Source of the DNA: a virus
Taxonomy: Duplodnaviria; Heunggongvirae; Uroviricota; Caudoviricetes
Reading direction: 5' to 3' (one strand)
IMG/VR virus record: IMGVR_UViG_2698536559_000020
DNA: 47,472 nt
Position numbers and translations under genes: made by a program. Below are positions 1 to 8,840 of this stretch, piece by piece (positions within the stretch are counted from its first letter, which is position 1; every line of letters begins with the position of its first letter). Under the pieces are notes generated by a model. The model ran no database searches, was not told where the DNA came from, and was given only the letters and a program-made list of their open reading frames with translations.

Positions 1-420
1 ATGACGGATTATCAGCCATACAGGAAAGGAACTGTGCTTGCCCCAACTGGGCCATGCAATCATCTTCATGTGATTTGTAATGATCCTGTTTATTACCCCG
101 TTAACGATTGTTATTGTGTTTTAGTTGTTAATATTTCTAGTATCAAGGATGGTGTCCCCCACGATCCGTCTTGCGTCTTGAATTCTGGTGATCATCGCTT
201 TATCAAGCATCCAAGTTATGTTGTTTACGCTGAAGCTATAATTTGGCGAGTGGATAACATGGTTAGAAAGCAGCGATCGGGTGAGATTTCCGTTCATGAT
301 GATATGCCAGAAGCTACATTCAATAGAATTCTGGACGGTTTTGATATATCTGATGAAGTTACGCCAAAGAACCTTAAATTTAAAAATAAATATTGCGTAT
401 CATCTATTGATGATGAGTAA
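1..420 (+). CDS. hypothetical protein (139 aa), AT-rich cargo ORF at the left edge
   Basis: ATG at base 1, uninterrupted ORF, low GC relative to the phage core; no family recognised by eye. Confidence 0.45.
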   Translation: MTDYQPYRKGTVLAPTGPCNHLHVICNDPVYYPVNDCYCVLVVNISSIKDGVPHDPSCVLNSGDHRFIKHPSYVVYAEAIIWRVDNMVRKQRSGEISVHDDMPEATFNRILDGFDISDEVTPKNLKFKNKYCVSSIDDE

Positions 421-459
421 ACAACAGGAATTGTTTCGGTATAGCTTCTGGAGTTTTCT

Positions 460-633
460 ATGGAAGATCAAAAAGCAACCAAGCCACAGGTTAAGTTCGA
501 CACAATGAAAGCATTCGCAGGTATGGGTGCTGCTGTTGAAGTTCTGATGAAGGCTGCTCCTAATGCGTTCACTCACGCTACTGTCTCTGGTAAAGAGCAG
601 CAGGGTGAGCTTCGTCGTCGCAAAGCAGTATGA
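460..633 (+). CDS. small hypothetical protein (57 aa)
   Basis: ATG at 460 with GGAG about 6 nt upstream; ORF ends just before a strong hairpin plus T-run; below the ORF-track length cutoff. Confidence 0.4.
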   Translation: MEDQKATKPQVKFDTMKAFAGMGAAVEVLMKAAPNAFTHATVSGKEQQGELRRRKAV

Positions 634-652
634 TCATAGCTGGTGCTTTTTG

Positions 653-680
653 AAAACCCGCCTTTAGGCGGGTTTTTTCT
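653..680. terminator. rho-independent terminator (CCCGCC-TTTA-GGCGGG then T6), A-tract on the other side so probably bidirectional
   Basis: perfect GC hairpin followed by TTTTTT; sits between the small + ORF and the 3' end of the - strand excisionase-like gene. Confidence 0.6.
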
Positions 681-989
681 TTAGTGATGTTCTTTGCCCT
701 TCTGTTTGCCTGTTCTGACCTGTTCCCACTCGATACGTCCTTCTTCTCGTCTTTTGTCTATGTATTCCGCAAGATCCTGAATATTGATGCAACGTTTTGC
801 TTTTTGTGATGTGCCGATGCGATATGTTGGAACGGGCAACTTACAAGCGTTTGCTTTTGCTTCTGCCGTGGCTGGACTCATGCCAAAGTACTTTTGGCTA
901 ACTGCTGAGAGTTCAATGTTAGGGGTATTGAATTCAGCCATCAGTAAAAACAAGGTGTTCATAATTTTCTCCATCAAAACCGGCTGCAC
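681..989 (-). CDS. excisionase-like / PrtN-family HTH DNA-binding protein (putative recombination directionality factor); true start may be an internal Met
   Basis: motif ...YFGMSPATAEAKANACKLPVPTYRIGTSQKAKRCINIQDLAEYI... resembles excisionase-like proteins of enterobacterial prophages; distal end of the leftward operon. Confidence 0.55.
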   Translation of the reverse strand: MQPVLMEKIMNTLFLLMAEFNTPNIELSAVSQKYFGMSPATAEAKANACKLPVPTYRIGTSQKAKRCINIQDLAEYIDKRREEGRIEWEQVRTGKQKGKEHH

Positions 990-998
990 CCGGGAAAA

Positions 999-1574
999 TC
1001 ATAATTCTGTGCTGGTGGCAGGAATTAGTTTCTGCCAGATAGCGGAAACATATTTTGCCTGATGACGGGCATCAGCCAGGGCGTTGTGCCGTTCGCCATC
1101 GAAAGGCATGTCCATTTTTGGGTCGAATCCGATGGAACGCCCAAGCGTAACGATCGTGCGTACATCGTGGTCATTCCAGTACGCCCACGGGCAGATTTGT
1201 CCTGCTCGTTCATAAGCTCCGCGTAAAATTACGTTGTCGAAGGTGGCCCCGTTACCCCAAACTTTTAAATATTTCGTATTGCCTGCGTGCCGATTAATGA
1301 AATGGCTCAGTTCAGAGAGTGCATCGCTGATCGACAAAGTATCATCAATACAGATTGCAGCTCGTGCTTCAGGGCTTTGTTTCAACCACCACAGGATGGT
1401 ATCGCCGTCAGGTGTGGCCCCTTGCTCCATAGCACTTTCCAGGCTAACAACCGTATAGAATTCTTGTCCGATGTCTCCGGTTTCTGGAGTGAAGAACACC
1501 GCGCCAATGGAAACGATCGGTGCATCCTTATTTTTCCCCATCGTCTCAAGGTCGATCATTAAGTTGTTCATCAC
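999..1574 (-). CDS. phage 3'-5' exonuclease, DEDDh (DnaQ-like) family
   Basis: N-terminal DLETMG motif and C-terminal H...D residues typical of DEDDh exonucleases. Confidence 0.7.
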   Translation of the reverse strand: MMNNLMIDLETMGKNKDAPIVSIGAVFFTPETGDIGQEFYTVVSLESAMEQGATPDGDTILWWLKQSPEARAAICIDDTLSISDALSELSHFINRHAGNTKYLKVWGNGATFDNVILRGAYERAGQICPWAYWNDHDVRTIVTLGRSIGFDPKMDMPFDGERHNALADARHQAKYVSAIWQKLIPATSTEL

Positions 1575-2323
1575 TTCACCTCCTGCGGCGGTTCCGGTAG
1601 CGGCATCCAGTGAGTTGCTTGCTCAATACCATTACCCGGCTTAATCGTTGCATCTCCGCGCCGAAAGGTGCTTCCGGTATAGCGTGCGGAGCATATTAGC
1701 GGTTCAACCAGAGAGCTATCGAAATTTATCGAAATAAGCACGTTCTGGCCCTTTTCAGGCATTCGATCACTACAGCTTATCCAACTATCCGGAGTTCCCG
1801 GAGAGTTGCCATTTACATCGAAGTTTGGCTCTGCGTCCTGAACCAGGAGGATGTAACCATTCTTGGCCGTATCAAGTTCTAACGCCTCGGTGACGGTGCC
1901 GAAATAGCGATTACCTAAATCAGCATCACAAGTGCTAACATCAATGGAAACTTCCATGCCTTCGATTAATTCTGGCAAGTTGTAAGTTTGGTTTACAGGT
2001 TGGCCTCCCTGAAGCATGGCGGCGCGGTGACACCAGATAATCCAGCCAAGCGCCATATCCCATGCCATGTATTCTCTATCACCATTTTTTGCCCTGCGGC
2101 GATCTACAGATTCCCCGAAACGCTTCTCCATAAATAATTCATAGGCTGCCCGTTCATCCGATACTGCTGCCAGCGATGCCAGTGCAATTTTAAATGCGGT
2201 AAGTATGTTGTTAACCACACCTATTTCGAATGCTATTTCACTACATACAAACGATTTATCGTCTATTATCGACTCAATTCCGGTAATCGTGTTCTGTAAC
2301 CATTCTTTGGTAATAGTATTCAT
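1571..2323 (-). CDS. DUF551 domain phage protein
   Basis: C-terminal ...ATHWMPLPEPP motif characteristic of DUF551; start overlaps the downstream gene. Confidence 0.55.
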   Translation of the reverse strand: MNTITKEWLQNTITGIESIIDDKSFVCSEIAFEIGVVNNILTAFKIALASLAAVSDERAAYELFMEKRFGESVDRRRAKNGDREYMAWDMALGWIIWCHRAAMLQGGQPVNQTYNLPELIEGMEVSIDVSTCDADLGNRYFGTVTEALELDTAKNGYILLVQDAEPNFDVNGNSPGTPDSWISCSDRMPEKGQNVLISINFDSSLVEPLICSARYTGSTFRRGDATIKPGNGIEQATHWMPLPEPPQEVK

Positions 2324-2325
2324 AA

Positions 2326-2538
2326 CTATTTCACCTTAATCTCAACATTTCGCAGCTTTAGCTCTACTGGCAGGTCTGACTTTCCGGTTAATGCTAATGC
2401 GAGATTTTCTGGAGTAATGAGAGCAGTTATTGTTTTCCCCCTCGCCAGACGAATAATCATTCGAATCTCGCAATCGTCACATGCTCCCGGTCGAACAATT
2501 GATATTTGTCCATTCATCTCACGCTCCTTTGATGCCAA
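2326..2538 (-). CDS. hypothetical early protein (70 aa)
   Basis: ORF in the leftward operon, tightly packed with neighbours. Confidence 0.4.
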   Translation of the reverse strand: MASKEREMNGQISIVRPGACDDCEIRMIIRLARGKTITALITPENLALALTGKSDLPVELKLRNVEIKVK

Positions 2539-2992
2539 TGTTTACAGCCTGGCAAGCCTCGTTGAGCACCCAGTCAACCGCGTTTTTCCATGCTCCGGTT
2601 TCGACTGGCGGATTCTCACACTTTACCTGTTCATAGAAACGCACTGCTTTAACTAGTCCTTCCGGCACTACCGACGCTGGCGGGGCAGCATAAAGCTCAT
2701 GCATCCCATCAGGCAGCGAGTGACCTACATACTCACTGAACCCGTCAACACACATACCCCCATCTTCAACAATGCATGACGCTACAGGCTTCACATCCAG
2801 CGATGCGTCCAATACATCGAGCAATGCCAGTACAACCGCAGGATTAAATGCAGCGATATAACGAGCGTTGTTCTCTGCATTTTTCTGGCCGTCAAAGCCC
2901 GGCCATTTGATAATGTCGTCACAACGGTACATACCCCGGCGTATGTACCGCATATGTACCAGTGTCCGACGAGATGAATGCACGCCATTCAC
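2519..2992 (-). CDS. hypothetical early protein, possibly Ead/Ea22-like; start uncertain (GTG at 2992 or internal ATG)
   Basis: ORF with conserved-looking ...IAAFNPAVVLALLDVLDASL... segment; start codon choice ambiguous. Confidence 0.4.
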   Translation of the reverse strand: MNGVHSSRRTLVHMRYIRRGMYRCDDIIKWPGFDGQKNAENNARYIAAFNPAVVLALLDVLDASLDVKPVASCIVEDGGMCVDGFSEYVGHSLPDGMHELYAAPPASVVPEGLVKAVRFYEQVKCENPPVETGAWKNAVDWVLNEACQAVNIGIKGA

Positions 2993-3043
2993 CCTGTGTT
3001 GCCTGTTTTGCTATCTCACGCAGTGCCTGATAGTTAACTTCAC

Positions 3044-3283
3044 TCACTGGTTGCCTCCTTTACGGATCTGCGCTGCGATGCACGAAAAAAAAGACTTTCG
3101 CGTATGACTGTTAAGAGCTGGCGCGAACGCCGCGTTAAGAACGGCAGCATCACAGCCGTCATCGATATAGAGCGCAATTTTTTTCTCCAGGCGTGCTTTG
3201 GCTTCCTGCAACTGCATACCCCGGCACGCACGCGGGATATACTCAGCAATTTGAGCGATAGATTTTTCGTTCTGTTTAAACAT
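3044..3283 (-). CDS. hypothetical early protein (79 aa)
   Basis: ORF in operon context. Confidence 0.4.
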   Translation of the reverse strand: MFKQNEKSIAQIAEYIPRACRGMQLQEAKARLEKKIALYIDDGCDAAVLNAAFAPALNSHTRKSFFSCIAAQIRKGGNQ

Positions 3284-3479
3284 GCTTCACCTCGATAGGC
3301 TTGATGGTATCGATCAGCAGTCGGCGGCGAGTATTTTCTGCAAAGTGGCGGCGTCCGGTTTCTTTGTGGTAAAATTCGTTTTTTCCGACGACCCACATCC
3401 GCTTTGTCTGGTGCAGTTTTTTTACCTGCGGACCGTCTCGGGTGATAACAATTCCTGTATGAGTTTTTATCACGCTCAT
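3276..3479 (-). CDS. hypothetical early protein (67 aa)
   Basis: ORF overlapping neighbours by a few nt (translational coupling pattern). Confidence 0.4.
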   Translation of the reverse strand: MSVIKTHTGIVITRDGPQVKKLHQTKRMWVVGKNEFYHKETGRRHFAENTRRRLLIDTIKPIEVKHV

Positions 3480-3838
3480 TTTTTATTCTTCGGTGCTTTC
3501 GGCATTACTGCCCAGTGAGTGATATTGACGTTTTCAAGGTCCCCGACCTGAAATGTCCACTGCCATTCTCCGGTTTCTTTTTGTCCCCAGGTGTACCAGA
3601 GAGAACGCCAGCCAATTAGCCAGCCTTCTCCGTTAGCATCAAATAACAGAACACTTTCATTTGCTGGCGGCAGTTCAGCTGACACTGGTATTATTTTGTT
3701 TTCCAGTGCCGCACATTTAGCTTCAAGCGCATTGAATTTACGTACCAAGTACTCAGCATTTGTTTCATTCACTTTCAGATCTCGTGGTACACATTTCCCG
3801 CGAAGAAACCCTTCCATTTCGAAAACATTCATGCGCAT
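3476..3838 (-). CDS. DUF551-like phage protein (120 aa)
   Basis: C-terminal ...NITHWAVMPKAP resembles the DUF551 signature. Confidence 0.5.
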   Translation of the reverse strand: MRMNVFEMEGFLRGKCVPRDLKVNETNAEYLVRKFNALEAKCAALENKIIPVSAELPPANESVLLFDANGEGWLIGWRSLWYTWGQKETGEWQWTFQVGDLENVNITHWAVMPKAPKNKK

Positions 3839-4377
3839 TTGCGTAACTCCGATAACTCGTTAAAACGTTCCATAAACATCCCATAGGCATGGCCTGGCGA
3901 CAGTGGAATAACTTTGAACATCTCTGTTGCCGGGATACCTTCCAGAACAGGCCAGAAAGAGCCATCATCAAGCCCGAGATCACGGCGTTCGGTTGCCAGC
4001 ATAATGAGATCGGCATATTTCACTGGCGTGCTCATAACAGGAGGTAACCCGTATTTCTCACGGATTACGGCGTCTATTTTTTCTTCCATCCGTTTATAGT
4101 CAGGAAGAAGTCGTTTCAGTGGCGCGGGGATGTCCTGGCAATATGCTTCTGTTGCATCATGCATTAACGCTTCAAAAGCAAATTCCTGCGGCACCAGCTG
4201 GCTGCAAAGCACCGCATGCTGGGCGACACTGTAGAAGTGTGAAAGATGTCCTGCAAAGCGACAGATATTTGAAAGGGAAACTGCGATATCGTTAATCACG
4301 ATGTCGTCTTTATTTATCTTGTCATAATAAAAATGCTTCCCGGAAAAAGTTTTAATAAATGACATTTCGTTCTCCAC
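3829..4377 (-). CDS. HD-domain phosphohydrolase (YfdR-like 5'-deoxynucleotidase family)
   Basis: H..H...D-containing segment (…HLSHFYSVAQHAVL…ALMHDATEAY…) and size match prophage YfdR-type HD hydrolases. Confidence 0.6.
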   Translation of the reverse strand: MENEMSFIKTFSGKHFYYDKINKDDIVINDIAVSLSNICRFAGHLSHFYSVAQHAVLCSQLVPQEFAFEALMHDATEAYCQDIPAPLKRLLPDYKRMEEKIDAVIREKYGLPPVMSTPVKYADLIMLATERRDLGLDDGSFWPVLEGIPATEMFKVIPLSPGHAYGMFMERFNELSELRKCA

Positions 4378-4493
4378 TTTATATGCGCTGCACCGCGCTG
4401 AATTCTGCTAAAAGGAAGCTCTCACCATCCGGTGATTATTGAGTTAATTACGTTTCCATAAATGCCCCCGCAGGGGCATTTGCAGTAATGAAA

Positions 4494-5318
4494 TCAGGCG
4501 GTGAAAGTACCAATAAAGGTTTCTACTTTGCTGTCTTTGAATTTCTCAACAAGCAGATCACGAAATTCGTTAGCCATTTCTTCCTGCATCGCTTCCAGCT
4601 GAATAATGCGCAGAACCAGTACAGGACGATCGCCAGTGATAATGCTGAGGCGTAATTTAAACGGACGTTCTTTCAGGCCTTCAAACGGAACGCATTTAAA
4701 TTCAAATGCCACTGGCATAATGTCTTTGGTTTTCGCTTCGACAGACTCCATCAGAGAGCGTTTGCCGCTGAAGTCATTGTCTTCAAAATCAGCGGTCTGG
4801 TTTGCTTCAATTGTGATTTTACGGACTGCCGCAGCCGCTTTGGTTGCCTGAATGGTGTCACCATTAGCATCAAAGCCCACAAGGTAGTCGGCCCAGTCTT
4901 CAATCCATTCTGCCAGTGACTTCTGGGAGTTACGCTCGCCGTTAACAGACAACAGGGCAGAGAACGGTGCTGTCTTTTTCAGTTTGAGAGTGGCGGTGTT
5001 ATCTGCGTGACCTGGTTCATCAATAGTACCCAGGTTAAGCACACTGACGGCTCGCATATTATCGGCATCGATAAAGCAGCGGGTGCCTTCATCTGCAAGA
5101 TCTTTAGAATAACGGGTAAAGTCATCGATGCTGGCAGTGGAAAGCGCACCACGGAAACGGAAGCGATTTAAATTAAATTTTTCCAGATCATGAATGCGGA
5201 AATTTTCAGGTAATGCCACTGCGTCGGCACCAATCTTACTGATAATTTCATTAACACCCTGAGCAGAAATAAGGGCATGGATTTGATTAATTGCGGTTGC
5301 GTCTAAGTTCTGAGACAT
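4494..5318 (-). CDS. YfdQ-like (DUF2303) prophage protein, 274 aa
   Basis: size and position next to the HD hydrolase match the CPS-53/KplE1 yfdQ-yfdR pair; recognition by recall only. Confidence 0.5.
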   Translation of the reverse strand: MSQNLDATAINQIHALISAQGVNEIISKIGADAVALPENFRIHDLEKFNLNRFRFRGALSTASIDDFTRYSKDLADEGTRCFIDADNMRAVSVLNLGTIDEPGHADNTATLKLKKTAPFSALLSVNGERNSQKSLAEWIEDWADYLVGFDANGDTIQATKAAAAVRKITIEANQTADFEDNDFSGKRSLMESVEAKTKDIMPVAFEFKCVPFEGLKERPFKLRLSIITGDRPVLVLRIIQLEAMQEEMANEFRDLLVEKFKDSKVETFIGTFTA

Positions 5319-5383
5319 AATAAGTCCTCACTATATAAAGATATTCAGTGATGAGATAAATAATCAGTTAATTAAGAACGATA

Positions 5384-5746
5384 TTAATGACCTGCTGCGC
5401 GGAGTTTTCCGTCAGGTTCACCGGCAAGAGTCAGTAATTGTCCCTGGTCTTCCTGCAGAATAGTCAGGCGACCACCGCGATTGACATACATCGGCGTTTC
5501 GGTGGTGTCTTCTTCGGAAATTTTCCCGCGGTTAGTCGGGCGAACATATGAGAGTTTGTGTTTGATTTTCACACGGTTCTCATCAAATGGTTCGATTTCC
5601 AGGTTGAGTGAGACCTTCCCTTTGGTTTTCGTGTTCATCACACCGGAAGCGACTTCACTGAGAACTGCGCCGATTTTGGTTTCAAATACGCCGCCGTCCA
5701 GCTCCCCGATAAATGCCTGCACATCAGTACTGCGTTCGCTAGCCAT
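5384..5746 (-). CDS. hypothetical early protein (120 aa)
   Basis: ATG at 5746 preceded by GAGGAG 7 nt upstream; the track ORF extends to 6064 but that extension is GC-rich Arg/Pro/Cys-rich sequence with no RBS. Confidence 0.5.
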   Translation of the reverse strand: MASERSTDVQAFIGELDGGVFETKIGAVLSEVASGVMNTKTKGKVSLNLEIEPFDENRVKIKHKLSYVRPTNRGKISEEDTTETPMYVNRGGRLTILQEDQGQLLTLAGEPDGKLRAAGH

Positions 5747-5759
5747 TTTGCTGCTCCTC

Positions 5760-6157
5760 ATCATATCGACCCTGCAAGGTCGGTTGGTTTCTCCACAAAA
5801 CAGAGAAGAACACCTGCGGTGGCAGCCGCCCGGATGGATTGGGTTATGAGCCCGTCGTCCGGTGATGCTCTTCTCTGTTTTGTAAAAAGAGCGGTACCAG
5901 CCGGAAGCAAGTGTACAAACTGGTACCGCCAGGACTACACACAGCATAAAGTTGTGGTGCCGGGTGCCTCCCGGTGCCTGGCGAAGGTTGCACACCAGGC
6001 GGGTGGGTATCCACAGAAGGTCGACTGTCAGCCTCAACCTTAACCCGCGTGCGCTGAGCCGCATTCACCACAACGCTAAGGATTCTCTCTGGTTGAAAAT
6101 ACTTAGCTGTTATGTGCCTGCTTTTAGCCACATCAGGCGAGGTGGTAGGTACGTGAG
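5760..6157. other. GC-rich structured non-coding block (candidate ncRNA or terminator/attenuator cluster)
   Basis: about 400 bp with no credible ORF (ORFs of similar length in several frames, all Arg/Pro/Gly-rich); 11 bp inverted repeat AACAGAGAAGA/TCTTCTCTGTT with T-run on both strands; 8 bp GGTACCAG/CTGGTACC stem; CGCCAGG/CCTGGCG stem. Confidence 0.3.
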
Positions 6158-6532
6158 CTACTTGGTGGTATTTGCCTTCGATGAGGCAAGATAGGCATCA
6201 AGATCACTTTTTAGGTAAATAACCTTTCTACCGATTTTTAAAAAAGGTATTCGAACTTTTCCTGTGCTAGCCCAATTAGCTAAGGTTTGCGCTTCTACGC
6301 CGATATAGGCTGCGGCGTCTTCTCTATTCATTTTTTCATGTTGTTCTGACAGAATACTCGTTGCTTCAAAATCAAAGCCCAGCCTTTCAAAGGCATAGAT
6401 AATAGAGCCCAAAGCCATTTGTTTAACTGTTCTGTAGTTACTGCTTTCAACTTGGCTTAATGCAGTTTTTGCTGCTTCAATCACCACAAGCCAGGCATCT
6501 CGTTGGTTGTCGATACTGCCATCCATATTCAC
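6158..6532 (-). CDS. HTH DNA-binding protein (AlpA/excisionase-like HTH at C-terminus), first gene of the leftward operon
   Basis: ...YIGVEAQTLANWASTGKVRIPFLKIGRKVIYLKSDLDAYL... matches MerR/AlpA-type excisionase-like HTH. Confidence 0.5.
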   Translation of the reverse strand: MNMDGSIDNQRDAWLVVIEAAKTALSQVESSNYRTVKQMALGSIIYAFERLGFDFEATSILSEQHEKMNREDAAAYIGVEAQTLANWASTGKVRIPFLKIGRKVIYLKSDLDAYLASSKANTTK

Positions 6533-6621
6533 TCTCCTGCCATGTGCGAATCATCCGGTCATTCATACGCCACCGTCGGCTACTTCGTGGGAGTCCTGCC
6601 TGTTCGTTACTGCAACATCTT

Positions 6622-6665
6622 TAAGTTGTAATCTAGTTGTTGTTTTGGTTGTTGTCAACAACTTT
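6622..6665 (-). promoter_or_regulatory. leftward early promoter (pL-like) with overlapping operator half-sites
   Basis: on the minus strand TTGACA (6658-6653), 17 nt spacer, TAGATT (6635-6630); AAGTTGT / ACAACTT operator-like motifs shared with the cI-cro intergenic region. Confidence 0.5.
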
Positions 6666-6720
6666 ATGTGGTTTTGACGGATGTGAAATGGGGGCTAGGG
6701 TTATCAAAAAAGGAGGTTGT

Positions 6721-6825
6721 ATGGACGATGCGCTTTTAATTACACAATGGACACTTTCCTTCCGTGATTGGAAACTCTCAAATCACGGGAGGAAGATTGA
6801 AAAGGCGGGTAATAATGGTAACTAA
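6721..6825 (+). CDS. candidate small protein (34 aa) between OL and the cI 3' end
   Basis: strong SD AAGGAGG with 5 nt spacing to ATG; short; no homology recognised. Confidence 0.3.
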   Translation: MDDALLITQWTLSFRDWKLSNHGRKIEKAGNNGN

Positions 6826-6852
6826 ATTTCTGAAGGAGTGTTTTTTGATGCA

Positions 6853-7539
6853 TTACCAAGTGCGCGATGACCAGAATACTCTACCTATAACGTGAATTCT
6901 GGAACGCCTATCTTCGAAGGTGAGTATTTCATCTGGATACTCATCTTTATTGAAACTTCTTAGAATCAGACCACCGTCAGGTAAATTGATCAATATTTTA
7001 ACTCTAAGTAATACGCCATCACGTATAGCATAAAGATCCCCATCACGAATAGGAACTGTTTGGGAAACATCAACAGCAACAAAATCTCCATTGTTAAGTA
7101 CAGGTAGTAAACTATTACCCCAAATTTTTACGATCTTTGCATTGGAGACACATACACCAGCTTTCCTTAAATCAATCCTTCTTAGCGGGAACCAGTCTAC
7201 AGTTGATTCAACTATTTCAGCCAAACATCCATTACCCGCTGATAACTCGACATCTAGGACAGGAATGTTTGCAAAAATGTCAGGATCTAATGTTGTACTT
7301 TCAGCCTCCTTTACAACAAGGTTTGGGAAAGACGCGTTATCCTCAATGCCCAATTGCAACCACTTTTGAGAAACCCCTAACACTTTAGCAATCTCTTTAA
7401 TTTTCCGAGGCTGTTGAGTTTCTCCATTCTCGATTTTCGCTACGGATTGTTGTGAAAGCCCAATTTTTTCAGCTAGTTGCGCCTGACTCATTCCTGCTTT
7501 TTCTCTTTCGCTTTTTAGTCTTTCTGCCAATGTTTTCAC
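6853..7539 (-). CDS. CI-like prophage repressor (XRE HTH plus S24 LexA-like peptidase domain); GTG start
   Basis: N-terminal HTH (…MSQAQLAEKIGLSQQSVAKIENG…) and C-terminal S24 autocleavage domain; GTG start with GAGGGGG SD; divergent from a cro-like gene. Confidence 0.8.
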   Translation of the reverse strand: MKTLAERLKSEREKAGMSQAQLAEKIGLSQQSVAKIENGETQQPRKIKEIAKVLGVSQKWLQLGIEDNASFPNLVVKEAESTTLDPDIFANIPVLDVELSAGNGCLAEIVESTVDWFPLRRIDLRKAGVCVSNAKIVKIWGNSLLPVLNNGDFVAVDVSQTVPIRDGDLYAIRDGVLLRVKILINLPDGGLILRSFNKDEYPDEILTFEDRRSRIHVIGRVFWSSRTW

Positions 7540-7559
7540 AACATATCCCCCTCGTTTTT

Positions 7560-7676
7560 ATTGAGGTTACAACTTTATGTTTTAGCTTTCCAACATCTAA
7601 AAGTTGTGATAAAAGTTGTTGTAGTTGTATAATCGAAGTTATCAACAACTTTACTACTTACAGATAGGAGAAAGCT
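7560..7676. promoter_or_regulatory. OR region: PR (TTGTGA, 18 nt, TATAAT at 7628-7633), divergent PRM, repeated AAGTTGT/ACAACTT operator motifs
   Basis: consensus -10, multiple copies of the palindromic half-sites also seen at 6620-6670. Confidence 0.5.
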
Positions 7677-7925
7677 ATGACACCTGAGCAATTAGCCTTA
7701 TCAGAGGCAATCGCTCTGGCTGGTGGTCAATCAGAATTGGCTCGGAAGCTCACAGCCAGCAGTGGTCGTTTAGTAAAGCAACAACATGTCTGGAACTGGT
7801 TGAACAGAGAAAAGCGTCCCCCTGCAAAGCTCTCGATATTCATTGAAATGACCACTGGCGTATCAAAAGAAAAATTACGTCCAGATATTTTTCAAAAGAT
7901 TAAAGACTTATCAGATGGAAAGTAA
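7677..7925 (+). CDS. Cro-like / YdaS-family HTH regulator
   Basis: small HTH protein divergent from cI; AGGAGA SD. Confidence 0.65.
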   Translation: MTPEQLALSEAIALAGGQSELARKLTASSGRLVKQQHVWNWLNREKRPPAKLSIFIEMTTGVSKEKLRPDIFQKIKDLSDGK

Positions 7926-8505
7926 CCACAGTTTTAAGGAGATAGCCGTGGGTAAGCATCACTGGAAAGTAGAAAAACAGCCTGAGTGGTACGTGAAAGC
8001 TGTCAGAAAAACTATCGCGGCGTTGCCGGGTGGTTACGCTGAAGCAGCTGAGTGGCTGGATGTAACAGAGAACGCTTTATTCAATCGCCTTCGTGCCGAT
8101 GGCGATCAGATTTTCCCGCTGGGATGGGCAATGATTTTACAACGTGCTGGTGGAACTCACTTCATTGCTGACGCTGTGGCGCAGTCTGCAAATGGCGTCT
8201 TTGTGTCTCTTCCTGACGTCGAGGATGTGGACAACGCCGATATTAACCAGCGTCTGCTGGAAGTCATTGAACAGATCGGCAGTTATTCCAGACAGATTCG
8301 TTCAGCAATCGAAGACGGTGTAGTGGAACCGCATGAGAAGACAGCAATTAACGACGAACTGTATCTCTCAATTTCGAAGCTCCAGGAGCATGCAGCACTG
8401 GTCTACAAAATCTTCTGCGCTCCAGAAAAGAGTAACGCCCGCGAGTGTGCAGCTCCGGGCGTCGTGGCGTCGATTGCTTCTGGTTGTGGAGAAACTAACG
8501 CATGA
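7915..8505 (+). CDS. YdaT-like (CII-like) regulatory protein
   Basis: position directly after cro and overall resemblance to YdaT-family prophage proteins. Confidence 0.55.
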   Translation: MESNHSFKEIAVGKHHWKVEKQPEWYVKAVRKTIAALPGGYAEAAEWLDVTENALFNRLRADGDQIFPLGWAMILQRAGGTHFIADAVAQSANGVFVSLPDVEDVDNADINQRLLEVIEQIGSYSRQIRSAIEDGVVEPHEKTAINDELYLSISKLQEHAALVYKIFCAPEKSNARECAAPGVVASIASGCGETNA

Positions 8506-8840
8506 ACAGTTTAACAACACACTACCGTCGTTCGCAACTGATTGCGCTTCCTGTACCGGGTGGAAAAGCGAAGGTGGAATATTGCTATGCAGTGAATGTA
8601 CCAGGTGACAGGGAAATTGTAACCCACAGCTTTGCAGAGTGGGCTGTGGGTGATTTCAACCGGCAGAAGGAGACAGTCCTTTGCGACAAGTTAACCGCTG
8701 GTTCAAAGATCACTACGGAGTGCCCGTCAGAGTCATTCGTTGGGAGCCGGAAACACAACGGGTTATCTACCTCCGTGAAGGCTATGAACATGAGTGCTTC
8801 AGCCCGCTCGAACAGTTTCGTCGTAAATTCAGGGAAATAG
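8502..8840 (+). CDS. hypothetical protein; overlaps the next ORF in another frame (see findings)
   Basis: ATG overlaps the upstream stop (ATGA); N-terminal half looks protein-like, C-terminal half is Ser-rich low complexity. Confidence 0.35.
   Translation: MNSLTTHYRRSQLIALPVPGGKAKVEYCYAVNVPGDREIVTHSFAEWAVGDFNRQKETVLCDKLTAGSKITTECPSESFVGSRKHNGLSTSVKAMNMSASARSNSFVVNSGK

Noticed and set aside
5747-6064. N-terminal extension of the 5384..6064 track ORF (226 aa)
   Set aside because: Upstream 106 codons are GC-rich Arg/Pro/Cys-rich sequence with no RBS, whereas the ATG at 5746 has a GAGGAG SD; the extension is treated as non-coding (see the structured-block finding).
5760-6157. tmRNA, RNase P RNA, 6S RNA or a retron msr/msd as the identity of the GC-rich block
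   Set aside because: No resemblance to the E. coli ssrA, rnpB or ssrS sequences recalled from memory, and no reverse transcriptase gene adjacent; identity left open.
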